From: an uncultured Acidobacteriota bacterium
GTDB taxonomy: Bacteria; Acidobacteriota; Vicinamibacteria; Fen-336
DNA: 64,000 bases
Assembly: GCA_963732935.1 (NCBI GenBank)
Contig: CAVTBK010000001.1
Location: forward strand, 608,720-672,719
Direction of reading: 5' to 3'
Shown here: one piece after another, positions 1 to 8,970 of the stretch
Position numbering within the stretch: the first letter of the stretch is position 1
How the letters are laid out: each line of letters starts with the position of its first letter
The notes under the pieces: generated by a model
What the model was told of the DNA's origin: nothing
Databases searched by the model: none
What the model saw: only the letters and a program-made list of their open reading frames with translations
Position numbers and translations under genes: made by a program

Positions 1-488
1 CGAGGGTGTACTTTCCGCGCGCTCTGCTCCCTCTCGCCGCCGCGTGTGCAGTTCTCGTCGACACTCTGGTGGGATTGGCGCTGGTGCTCTGCGTTTCCCT
101 TTCGGCAAGCTCCTTCGGGCCCAGGCTCTTGGCTGCACCCGTCTTTCTACTCGCCGCCGCTCTGCTTGGCGTCGGCGTCGGCCTTGCGGCAGCGGGGCTG
201 ATGGTGTCGTTCCGGGATGTTCAGCACGTGCTTCCGTTGATCGTGCAGCTGACTCTGTTCCTGAGCCCTGTCGCGTACTGCGCGTCGGCCGTGCCGGAGC
301 GCTACCGGCCGCTTTATCTGCTGAACCCCTTGGTCGGGCTGGTCGAAGGGTTCCGCTGGGCCATGCTCGGGATGGAGCCCGCGTCGTGGGCGTCAGTCGC
401 CTACGGTGCCGCCGCCGCCGCTGGCATCTTCGTGGTCGGCGTGCTTACGTTTCGGGCGCTGGAGAGGTACTTTGCCGACGTCATCTGA
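1..488 (+). CDS. wzm: ABC-2 polysaccharide exporter permease (Wzm), 5'-truncated by the window
   Basis: Hydrophobic ORF with YFPRALLP, FRDVQH, SPVAY, LNPLVGLVEGFRWA and C-terminal ERYFADVI motifs; directly upstream of wzt. Confidence 0.85.
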   Translation, partial: RVYFPRALLPLAAACAVLVDTLVGLALVLCVSLSASSFGPRLLAAPVFLLAAALLGVGVGLAAAGLMVSFRDVQHVLPLIVQLTLFLSPVAYCASAVPERYRPLYLLNPLVGLVEGFRWAMLGMEPASWASVAYGAAAAAGIFVVGVLTFRALERYFADVI

Positions 489-495
489 AACGCCC

Positions 496-1713
496 ATGCT
501 AGCTGTAGACGGCCTATGCAAGGACTATCGCCTCGTCTCCGCGGCAGATCGTCCGACGACGCTGGGCGAGGCGTTGGTACACCGCCTTCGTCAGCCCTTT
601 CGGACCCGGAGGCGGTGGTTTCGCGCGCTTGCGGACGTGTCCTTCGAGCTCGGACGGGGCGAGGCGCTGGGCATCGTGGGCCGGAATGGTGCGGGCAAGA
701 GCACCCTCCTCAAGGTCATGAGCCGTGTAACGCCTCCCTCCGCCGGTCAGGTGCGTCTCTTCGGACGCGTCGGCAGCCTGCTCGAGGTGGAGACCGGATT
801 CCACCCCGAGCTGACAGGTCGGGAGAACATCTTCTTGAAGGGTGCCATCCTGGGCATGCGACGGTACGAAATAGCCGCACGGTTGGACGAGATCGTCGCC
901 TTCTCTGGCGTTGGCCCCTTCCTCGAGACCCCCGTCAAGCGCTTCAGCAGTGGCATGCGGGTGCGTCTGGGGTTCGCCGTTGCCGCGCACCTGCGAACCG
1001 AGATCCTGCTCATCGACGAGGTCCTCGCGGTGGGTGACGCGGAGTTCCAGAGACAATGCATAGGACGTATGGACGAGCTCTCCCGGCGTGAGGGCCGGAC
1101 GCTCATCTTCGTGAGCCACCAGATGCGGCTCATAGAAGCTGCCTGCACGCGGGCGCTGATGCTGCAGGACGGCAGGGTGGTGCGAGAGGGGCCGGTTTCG
1201 GAGGTCGTGCGTCACTACGAGGCGACCATGGCGGCGGCGCCTTCGATTCCCCGCGTGTCTCGGCCAGAGCTATCGTGGCGGGGCGTCGTGAACCGAGGGG
1301 AACTCGATGATCTTCGCGTCGACGACGACCTCGACTTTCTCCTGGGTTTCATTGTGGGAGCGGCGGACCTCGACGGCCTTCACATCGACCTCGCTATCAA
1401 GAACGAGCGGAACGAGACCGTGGTGCACACCCGGTCGCCTTTCGTGGTCAGGGGCCTTTCGCTAGCTGCCCACTGCCACGTGGACGTACGCTATCGGATC
1501 AGCTCTCCGAAGCTCGTCCCCGGCCGCTACTACCTCGATGTCTACGCCTATCTAGGCGGCGAACGAGTGGTGCTCTGGATCGAGCACGTCGACGCGTGTG
1601 TCGTCGGGGCGCGGAGTTACTTTGGCCTGCTCGAGGTGCTTCCCGGTGTTCGCGCCCCGGTGCTTCCCGAGTACTCCGTCTGCGTCGACCACGCCGAGCC
1701 CCGGCCGGGATGA
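496..1713 (+). CDS. wzt: Polysaccharide ABC exporter ATP-binding subunit (Wzt) with C-terminal Wzt_C-like domain
   Basis: Walker A GRNGAGKST, GFHPELTGREN, signature FSSGMRVRLGF, Walker B LLIDEVLAVGD; ATG at 496 chosen over the upstream extension. Confidence 0.9.
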   Translation: MLAVDGLCKDYRLVSAADRPTTLGEALVHRLRQPFRTRRRWFRALADVSFELGRGEALGIVGRNGAGKSTLLKVMSRVTPPSAGQVRLFGRVGSLLEVETGFHPELTGRENIFLKGAILGMRRYEIAARLDEIVAFSGVGPFLETPVKRFSSGMRVRLGFAVAAHLRTEILLIDEVLAVGDAEFQRQCIGRMDELSRREGRTLIFVSHQMRLIEAACTRALMLQDGRVVREGPVSEVVRHYEATMAAAPSIPRVSRPELSWRGVVNRGELDDLRVDDDLDFLLGFIVGAADLDGLHIDLAIKNERNETVVHTRSPFVVRGLSLAAHCHVDVRYRISSPKLVPGRYYLDVYAYLGGERVVLWIEHVDACVVGARSYFGLLEVLPGVRAPVLPEYSVCVDHAEPRPG

Positions 1714-1723
1714 GGATGCTTGC

Positions 1724-2731
1724 ATGGCCCAATCCAGAGCCGCGATCACACCCGGCCTCGTTTCCGTGCTTATGCCGGCGTTCAACGCGGAACCGTACCT
1801 CGGTGCGGCCCTCGAGTGTGTCTTCGCCCAGACATATCAGCCGACCGAACTTCTGGTCGCGGACGACGCATCGACCGACGGCACCCGTAGGATCCTGGAT
1901 GCGGCCGCCGGCGGCCGGGTACGCAGGTTTCACAACGATCGACGGCTCGGTTATCTCAGGACCGCCAATCGCCTCTTCGCGGTGGCGCGCGGTGAGTTCG
2001 TGGCGTTTCAGGATGCCGACGATCTTTCCGATGCGACAAGGCTTGACCGGCAGGTCCGGGCGCTAGGAGCCGACCCACGCCTCGGTTTGTGCGGGACTTG
2101 CGCGAAGCTAATCGATTCCGCGGGTCGCGTGCTGCGCGTCGACGAGCGGCCAACCGAGCCGGAGGAGATTCGGGCCGCCATGTACACGAGGAATCCGTTC
2201 TGCGGCGCGACCATCGTGGTAAGGCGCACCGCACTTGATGAGATTGGAGGCTATCGCGAGGCGTTCGAGGGCTTCTCTCACCAGGACTACGACTGGGCCT
2301 GCCGGCTCGTGGAAGCGTATCCGGCTCGCAATCTCCCCGACCCCTTGTACTCCTATCGCCAGCACCGCAGGTCGAATTCGAAACAGGTGAACGTTGGCCG
2401 CGCCATAGGGGATGAGCTGGTCCGCGCCCTTGCCGAACAGCGGCGGACCTCCGGCAGTGACGTGATCGCGGCAGGTGACACCTTGGGCTTCGCCGCTCTC
2501 GTCGAAACCATCAGCCGCCCCTATCGGGACGACCCGGCGCTCATCGATCGCGTGTTCGCCTCCCGTTTCCTCTGGGCTGGATTCGCCGGCTGGGCCATTC
2601 GAAGGGCTTTGGTCGCAGTCGGGAAACGCCCGTTCGACTTCCGCAATCATCGGACCCTGGAATACTGCGTCCGCCAAGCCTTCCTCCGTGCTGTCCGTCA
2701 TGCCTTGGAAGGCAAGTCCGCTACGGGATGA
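1724..2731 (+). CDS. Family 2 glycosyltransferase
   Basis: VSVLMPAFNAE, DDASTDGT, ARGEFVAFQDADD and QDYDW motifs. Confidence 0.9.
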   Translation: MAQSRAAITPGLVSVLMPAFNAEPYLGAALECVFAQTYQPTELLVADDASTDGTRRILDAAAGGRVRRFHNDRRLGYLRTANRLFAVARGEFVAFQDADDLSDATRLDRQVRALGADPRLGLCGTCAKLIDSAGRVLRVDERPTEPEEIRAAMYTRNPFCGATIVVRRTALDEIGGYREAFEGFSHQDYDWACRLVEAYPARNLPDPLYSYRQHRRSNSKQVNVGRAIGDELVRALAEQRRTSGSDVIAAGDTLGFAALVETISRPYRDDPALIDRVFASRFLWAGFAGWAIRRALVAVGKRPFDFRNHRTLEYCVRQAFLRAVRHALEGKSATG

Positions 2732-3052
2732 CGCTGGCGGCACCCGCGGCTGGTCTAGCCTGCCTCGAGGGCCGTCCCGCGGCGCTTGGGCGAGCTAGCC
2801 ACCCGGGCGTGTCGGATCGGGTCTTCCCAACCTGAGACTTCGTCCGATCTGTGCGCGCCGGACAAGGTCGAGTTGCGCGCCGGCCGTCCCGTTTCTTGAC
2901 GATGCGCGGGGCAGCGGCCCACATGAGGCGCCCTCCCCTCAGGGCACGGTTCGGCAACCCACCAGGGGTCACCTCGGTCCTGGAACCACGCTCGGGAGGG
3001 GGTGCAGGCTTTTCTGTGAGCAGATCTCCGCGGAGGTATAGCATATGGGGCC

Positions 3053-4381
3053 GTGCGGCGCCCTCTCCACTTCTGCATGTGCCGGGCGCTCGGCCGGCTT
3101 GTGTTCGGTTGGACGATAGGGACGCTCACTGCCAGCATGCTGGCTAGCGTTCCGGCCGGCGCCTCCGACGCGGGGACCCAGACTTCGCAGAGCGGTCGGA
3201 CAGGCACGGGTAGCCCGGCCCGCGAACGTCCCGGCCTAATCCGTGTGGCTACCTTCTACCTCACCCCCTACCTTCGGATCGGCACCCTCGGGGTCGACAC
3301 GAACGTCTTCTACACGCCGACCGATCGCCAGGCGGACTTCACCGCTAACGGAGGGCCGGGGCTGGAGGTGGTGCAGCCGCTCGGGAGGCGGAGCCGATTC
3401 CGTCTGGACGGGGGCCTGGACTACGTCTATTTCCTGCGCACGAAGTCCCAGCGCCGGCTGAACGGGTATGGGTCGGGACTCCTCGACATCCGGGGCGTCA
3501 AGACCGACCTGACGTTCGAAGGAGCGTGGGCGCGGAGCTATTCGAGGCCGAACTTCGAGGTGAACGAGCGGGTGCAGCAGGAGACGCTGCGCGCGCGCGC
3601 GTTTCTGAGACGGATCCTGTCGGAGCGCTTCGCGTTGACGCTCACTGGGGACGCGTTGCGGACCCGGGTGGATTCGACGGACTACCTCGGCACGGACCTC
3701 GGCGCCGCGCTGACGCGGGACACCTATCGCGCCGGGGGCGAGCTGCGGATGGCCCTCTCCGTGAAGACGCAGCTCGTGGCGGGAGGCGAGGAGGACTTCT
3801 ACCGGTACCCGCTGGCGAGCCGGCGGGACGGCCACTCGACCCTCGGCTACGGGGGGTTCCGCACGGACGAGACCGCGCTCATCAGTGGGCAGGCGCTCGC
3901 GGGCATGCGCTGGTTCGCGCTCGATTCCGGGGGGCGGCGGCAGGGGCTGTACGCGAGCGTCGACGCGACCTGGAACATCTCCCCCAAGACGAAGATCGGC
4001 GGGCTCTACGGCCGCGACATCGACTACTCGACCTTCGACACCTCGGGCGCGACCCCGACGAACCGGGTCCAGTCGGCCGAGGTGTTCCTCGACAAGGTCC
4101 TGGTCGGCGGCCTCTACCTGCGCCTGTTCGCCCGGGGGCGCTGGCTCACCTCCGACGGTGAGGTGACGATCGCGGAGGAAGGCGCGCCCGTCTCGGCGGT
4201 GCGCGACGACGACGTCCGCGAGGCCGGCGGCGAGCTGGGTTGGCAGTTTCACGTGCGCCTCCGGATCGGGGCACGGGCCTCGTACCAGAAGCGCGCCTCG
4301 CCCTTCACCACGTTCGGCGTGCGCGGCCTGCTCGCGGGCCTGACGATCCAGTACAACCCGCCGCAGCCGACCTTTCGCTAG
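3053..4381 (+). CDS. Outer-membrane beta-barrel associated with exopolysaccharide export (start uncertain, 3053-3137)
   Basis: N-terminal hydrophobic signal, DTNVFY motif, alternating amphipathic strands rich in Y/F/W/G; directly upstream of OPX and wzc. Confidence 0.7.
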   Translation: MRRPLHFCMCRALGRLVFGWTIGTLTASMLASVPAGASDAGTQTSQSGRTGTGSPARERPGLIRVATFYLTPYLRIGTLGVDTNVFYTPTDRQADFTANGGPGLEVVQPLGRRSRFRLDGGLDYVYFLRTKSQRRLNGYGSGLLDIRGVKTDLTFEGAWARSYSRPNFEVNERVQQETLRARAFLRRILSERFALTLTGDALRTRVDSTDYLGTDLGAALTRDTYRAGGELRMALSVKTQLVAGGEEDFYRYPLASRRDGHSTLGYGGFRTDETALISGQALAGMRWFALDSGGRRQGLYASVDATWNISPKTKIGGLYGRDIDYSTFDTSGATPTNRVQSAEVFLDKVLVGGLYLRLFARGRWLTSDGEVTIAEEGAPVSAVRDDDVREAGGELGWQFHVRLRIGARASYQKRASPFTTFGVRGLLAGLTIQYNPPQPTFR

Positions 4382-4420
4382 CTCCGCCCACCGGGGAGAG
4401 GCCGCGTCGCCTGGATTGAC

Positions 4421-5428
4421 GTGGCCGGCGCAAGGACGAAAAATGTCCGGGTGCGCGCTGGGATTTCGAGCCTGCGATACCTGGCTGTCGCGTTCCTCCT
4501 CTGCTTGATCCCGTTCGCGGCGGCCCGTGCCGCCGACACGTACGAGATCGGACCGGGCGACGTGCTGAAGATCGTCGTGCTGGGCCAGACGGAGATGAGC
4601 GGCAGCTTCACGGTCGACGACGAGGGGATGCTCGGCTATCCGATCCTCGGCAAGCTCAAGGCCTCGGAGCTGACGACAGCCGAGTTCGAGCACAAGCTGG
4701 TGCTGCTGCTCGAGAACGGCTACCTGAAGCGCCCGCAGGTTTCCGTGACCGTCGCCGACTTCGGCAGCCAGAAGGTCTTCGTGATGGGCGAGGTGCAGCG
4801 GCCCGGGCAGTACGCGCTGAAGGCCGATCGGACCCTCCTCACGCTCCTGACCGACATCGGCCCGCTGGGGCCGAACGCCGGCCACGAGGTGATCGTGATC
4901 CGGCCGCCGGTGCCGACCCCTCCTCCTCCTCCTCCGGAGCCGTCGCTCGGGCCGGAGTTCCCTGCCGAGCAGCAGGAGGGGGGCCCCGAGGCATCGGCGC
5001 CCGGGAAGGAAGGCGAGGAGCCTGCGAAGGAGCCCGAGACGCCCGAGCCCTCGCCGACGCCTCCGAGCATCCCGGGGCTGCCGTTCGTGGCGCCGGGGTC
5101 CGAGGTCTTCCACGTGCGCCTGCTCGAGCTGCAGTCGGGCAACCCCGAGAAGAACCTGCCCCTCCAGGCCCGCGACACGGTCTATTTTCCCCCGGCGGCG
5201 AACGTCTACGTGATGGGGAGTGTGGCCCGGCCGGGGCCCTACCGGTTCCGGGAAGGGATGACCGTCCTCCAGGCACTGACGATTGCGGGCGGCGCGACGG
5301 ACCGCGGGTCGGCGGGTCGCACGAAGGTGATTCGCATCGTGAACGGGAAGAAGGTCGAGCGGAAGGTGAAGGCCACGGAGCTGGTGGAGCCGGAGGACAC
5401 GCTCTTCGTGCCCGAGCGATTCTTCTGA
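4421..5428 (+). CDS. OPX/Wza-family polysaccharide export protein (Poly_export plus SLBB) with a Pro/Glu-rich insert
   Basis: YEIGPGDVLKIVV, GYPILGKL, YLKRPQVSV, VFVMGEVQRPG and VYVMGSVARPG motifs; ends in VPERFF with no C-terminal outer-membrane helix. Confidence 0.88.
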   Translation: MAGARTKNVRVRAGISSLRYLAVAFLLCLIPFAAARAADTYEIGPGDVLKIVVLGQTEMSGSFTVDDEGMLGYPILGKLKASELTTAEFEHKLVLLLENGYLKRPQVSVTVADFGSQKVFVMGEVQRPGQYALKADRTLLTLLTDIGPLGPNAGHEVIVIRPPVPTPPPPPPEPSLGPEFPAEQQEGGPEASAPGKEGEEPAKEPETPEPSPTPPSIPGLPFVAPGSEVFHVRLLELQSGNPEKNLPLQARDTVYFPPAANVYVMGSVARPGPYRFREGMTVLQALTIAGGATDRGSAGRTKVIRIVNGKKVERKVKATELVEPEDTLFVPERFF

Positions 5429-5529
5429 GGGCGCGGCTCTCTACAAGCTGTGCAGGACGCAGAGATGCACCACTACATCGTGTAGGGTAGCGACTTCGGG
5501 ATCCTCCTCACCAGGCATGACATAACCCT

Positions 5530-5557
5530 TTGATTGGACTGCCTTTTTCGGTACACT
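5530..5557 (+). promoter_or_regulatory. Putative sigma70 promoter for wzc
   Basis: TTGATT-16 nt-TACACT in an AT-richer intergenic region, followed by a GGAGGGG Shine-Dalgarno and a TTG start. Confidence 0.45.
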
Positions 5558-5585
5558 GGCGCGAACCCGGGAGGGGTGTGTCCGC

Positions 5586-7808
5586 TTGAGCGACCAGGCT
5601 GTCCTGCAGGACGCGCGCCGCTATCTCGCGATGCTGCACAAGCGTCGCGGGATCGTCGTCACCTGCTTCGGCGTGAGCCTGCTGATCGCGGTCGTCTACA
5701 ACTACACGACGCGGCCCGTCTACCAGGCCACCACGCAGATCCTGATCGACCGCGAGACCCCCAACGTGCTCCCGAACAAGGAGCTGGTCGACCTCGTCCA
5801 GGGGGGCGCCGACTACTACCAGACCCAGTATCAGCTCCTGGGCGGGCGCACCCTCGCCGAGAAGGCGGTCGAGCGTCTGGGTCTCCAGAAGAGCCCGGAG
5901 CTGGCGACGGGCCCGATGATGAGCCCCTGGGAGCGCGTGCAGCGGTTGTTCGGGCGCGTGCCGCGCTCCACGATCGACACGAACGGCATCCCGCTCTCGC
6001 CCGCCGTGGCCGCCTTCCGCTCGCGCGTGCAGATCGCGCCCGTCCCCGGCTCGCGTCTCGTGAACCTGCGCTTCAACGCCTACGATCCCTCCGTCGCCGC
6101 GAGGGCCGTGAACGCCCTCGCCCAGCTCTACATCGAGCAGTCGCTCGAGCTGCGCTTCACGACCTCGAGCGAGGCCACGGGCTGGCTCTCGGATCGTCTG
6201 AAGGAGCAGCAGGCGCGCGTCGAGACGGCCGAGAAGGCGCTCCAGGCCTATCGCGAGCGCGAGGGTCTCGTGAACCAGGACGGGCGCGGGGAGCTGGTGA
6301 ACCAGAAGCTCGAGACGCTGAACGGCGCGGTGCTGGAGGCACGCACCGAGCGCATCACCAAGGAGACCCTCTACAACCAGCTCGCCGGGCTCGGGCCGGA
6401 CCAGGTCGAGAGCTTCCCGCTGGTGCTGGCGAACGGGCCCGTCCAGGCCCTGAAGGTGGAGCTCGTGGGCCTGCAGAAGCAGGAGGCCAAGCTCTCGGAG
6501 ACGCTCGGCGACCGGCACCCCGACATGGTGAGCCTGCGCGCGCAGATCCGCGCCACCCAAGGGAAGATCCGCGCCGAGATCCGCAACGTCACCCGCGCCG
6601 CCGAGAGTGAGTACCGCACCGCCCTCGCCAAGGAAGCCCGTCTCGCCGCCAACCTGGAGTCGGTGAAGCAGGAGGCCCAAGGCACCAGTCGCAAGGCGAT
6701 CGAGTACGGCGTCCTCAAGCGCGAGGTGGAGAGCAACCGCCAGGTCTACGAGGAGCTGCTGACCAAGACGAAACAGACCGGCCTCGAGACGGAGCTGAAG
6801 ACGACGAACATCCGGGTGATGGAGAAGGCCGAGGTGCCGCGAGGGCCCATCAGCCCGAACCGCCGCCGGGCCTACCAGATGGCCGTCTTCCTCGGGCTCC
6901 TGGTGGGCGTGGGGCTGGCGCTCGGCTTCGAGTTCCTCGACAACACCCTGAAGACGCCGGACGACATCAAGGAGCACCTGGGCGTGCCGTTCCTGGGCAT
7001 GGTGCCCGAGGTGGACGTGAAGGGGGCCTCGGCCGGCCTGCGGCCGCAGACGCCGCCGCAGGTGATCAAGAACCCGAACTCGGCGGTGGCCGACGCCTAC
7101 CGCGTGCTGCGCACGAACCTCATCTTCACCTCGGCGCAGACGACCGGCCGCGCCGCCGTCGTGACCAGCGCCAACCCGGGCGAAGGCAAGACGACCACGG
7201 TGGCGAACCTGGCCGCGGCCCTCGCCCACAACGGGGCGAGGGTGCTCGCGATCGACGCCGACCTGCGGCGTCCCACGCTCTACCAGCACTTCGGCGTCCA
7301 GAAGACCCCGGGGCTCACCGACCTGATCGTGGGCAAGTCGACGGCCTCGCAGGCCATCCAGGAGACGCGGATCGAGGGGCTCCAGCTCCTGCCCTGCGGC
7401 TACCAGCCGCCGAACCCGGCGGAGCTGCTGGGCTCGCCCATGATGCGCCAGGTGCTCGAGGCGCTCCGCTCGCACTACGACTGGGTGCTGATCGACACCC
7501 CGCCGATCCTGGCCATGGCCGACACGGCGGTCCTGGCCGCCGTCGTCGAGGGCGTCGTGCTCGTGCTGGCGGCGGAGACGGCGACGAAGCCCGCGGTGGC
7601 GCGGGCGCTCGACCAGGTGCACGGCGTCGGCGGGAAGATAATCGGCGTCGTCCTGAACAAGGTCAACCTGGAGCGGAACTCCTACTACTACAGCCAGCAC
7701 TACGGCGAGTACTACCGCAGCTACTATGCGGAGAAGGACTCGAGGTCGCGTGCCGTGGCGGCGCCGGAGCGAAGACCGGTCCGCCGCCCGGGCCCGCGAC
7801 GCACGTGA
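5586..7808 (+). CDS. wzc: Polysaccharide co-polymerase / tyrosine autokinase (Wzc, PCP-2a)
   Basis: Two TM segments flanking a coiled coil; Walker A TSANPGEGKTT, IDADLRRP, LIDTPP; C-terminal Tyr cluster SYYYSQHYGEYYRSYY. Confidence 0.93.
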   Translation: MSDQAVLQDARRYLAMLHKRRGIVVTCFGVSLLIAVVYNYTTRPVYQATTQILIDRETPNVLPNKELVDLVQGGADYYQTQYQLLGGRTLAEKAVERLGLQKSPELATGPMMSPWERVQRLFGRVPRSTIDTNGIPLSPAVAAFRSRVQIAPVPGSRLVNLRFNAYDPSVAARAVNALAQLYIEQSLELRFTTSSEATGWLSDRLKEQQARVETAEKALQAYREREGLVNQDGRGELVNQKLETLNGAVLEARTERITKETLYNQLAGLGPDQVESFPLVLANGPVQALKVELVGLQKQEAKLSETLGDRHPDMVSLRAQIRATQGKIRAEIRNVTRAAESEYRTALAKEARLAANLESVKQEAQGTSRKAIEYGVLKREVESNRQVYEELLTKTKQTGLETELKTTNIRVMEKAEVPRGPISPNRRRAYQMAVFLGLLVGVGLALGFEFLDNTLKTPDDIKEHLGVPFLGMVPEVDVKGASAGLRPQTPPQVIKNPNSAVADAYRVLRTNLIFTSAQTTGRAAVVTSANPGEGKTTTVANLAAALAHNGARVLAIDADLRRPTLYQHFGVQKTPGLTDLIVGKSTASQAIQETRIEGLQLLPCGYQPPNPAELLGSPMMRQVLEALRSHYDWVLIDTPPILAMADTAVLAAVVEGVVLVLAAETATKPAVARALDQVHGVGGKIIGVVLNKVNLERNSYYYSQHYGEYYRSYYAEKDSRSRAVAAPERRPVRRPGPRRT

Positions 7809-7821
7809 AAGGCGGCAGGGA

Positions 7822-8940
7822 ATGAGCGTGCTATCCTCCGGGCGGTCGACCACGATGCGCAGAGTCACGTCCGTCTGTCTCGCGACGCTCCTGGCCCTGC
7901 CCGTCGGCGGCTGGGGCGCCGCCGCGGGGGACGGGAAGATCTCGGGCGTCGTCCGCCTGGCCGGCCAGCCCAAGTCCGGCGTGACGGTCGCCTTCATCGA
8001 GCTGCAGACGGGGGCCGTGGTGCGGGCGACCTCGCGCGCGGACGGCACCTTCGAGACCGTGGCCCCGGCCGGCGAGTACACCGTCACGACCGAGAGCATG
8101 GCCGGGCTCACCGTGAAGCAGGCGCCCGTGCGCGTGGCGGTCGTCGAGGGCAAGGTGGCGAGCGCGGACCTGGAGCTGGCGGCGGTGCCCTCGGCGGTGA
8201 TGGACAACTTCCCGCAGCCGGCGGCGCCGCCCGGCGCGGCGGCGGCCACGACGCCACCCGCGACCGAGCCGGCGGCCGCGACTCCGCCGGCCGGCGAGCC
8301 CTCGGCCGCGGCGCCTCCGATGTTCGCGGAGACGACCGGAGAAGGCGCCCAGATCCAGTTCAAGCCCGTCACCTGCTTCGTGGCCGGGGAGTTCCCCCTG
8401 CTCGACGCCGCCATCGAGCCGGTCGCGTCGGTGGCGCGCGCCCGCGTCTACTTCAGGGCACGCCAGGGCGACTTCTTCTACTACATCGAGATGACGCAGG
8501 ACGGCGGCCGCTACTTCGGGAAGCTGCCGCGGCCCTTCGTGGAAGCGAGCCCGATCACCTACTACATCGAGTCGACGACCACGGAGTTCGAGGAGAGCCA
8601 GACCCGCGAGATCGAGGCCGCGGTGGTGAAGAACAAGGAAGAGTGCGGCGACCGCGAGATGGCCGCCTTCGGGCCGCCGGGACCGGTGACGGTGTTCTCC
8701 GCCTCGACCGGCGCCATCGGCTCGCCGACCGGCTTCGCGGCCGCCGCCGCGTCCGGCATCCTGGTCGGCGTCATCACGGCCATCGCGGGCAGCGCCGCGG
8801 CCGCCGGCATCGTGGGTGGGGTGGTCGTGAACCCGGGAACGGGTCCGACGCCGCCGTCCCCGATCGAGAACCCGACGCCCATCCCGACGCCGGAGGCGGT
8901 CCCGCAACCGACGCCGACGCCGATCACGACCTTCCGGTAG
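7822..8940 (+). CDS. Secreted or surface protein: carboxypeptidase-regulatory-like domain, Pro/Ala linker, Ig-like domain, Gly/Ala hydrophobic segment and Pro/Thr tail (start 7822 or 7855)
   Basis: Signal peptide, GKISGVV...ATSRADGTF...AGEYTV motif, high-GC3 codon usage. Confidence 0.7.
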   Translation: MSVLSSGRSTTMRRVTSVCLATLLALPVGGWGAAAGDGKISGVVRLAGQPKSGVTVAFIELQTGAVVRATSRADGTFETVAPAGEYTVTTESMAGLTVKQAPVRVAVVEGKVASADLELAAVPSAVMDNFPQPAAPPGAAAATTPPATEPAAATPPAGEPSAAAPPMFAETTGEGAQIQFKPVTCFVAGEFPLLDAAIEPVASVARARVYFRARQGDFFYYIEMTQDGGRYFGKLPRPFVEASPITYYIESTTTEFEESQTREIEAAVVKNKEECGDREMAAFGPPGPVTVFSASTGAIGSPTGFAAAAASGILVGVITAIAGSAAAAGIVGGVVVNPGTGPTPPSPIENPTPIPTPEAVPQPTPTPITTFR

Positions 8941-8944
8941 GGAG

Positions 8945-8970
8945 CGACCCTATCGGGTTCGACCCTATCG
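8945..8970. repeat. 11-bp direct repeat CGACCCTATCG x2 spanning the FHA gene stop codon
   Basis: Copies at 8945-8955 and 8960-8970. Confidence 0.7.

Noticed and set aside
2732-3052. Structured ncRNA or riboswitch in the intergenic region before the beta-barrel gene
   Set aside because: Only short GC-rich stems and a 10-bp repeat (TGCGCGCCGG x2) are present, with no recognisable family motif. An Rfam/Infernal search would be needed.
5468-5486. NrdR-box-like sequence CACCACTACATCGTGTAG upstream of wzc
   Set aside because: It is a single imperfect match with no nucleotide-reduction gene nearby. It may be some operator, but I cannot support an assignment.
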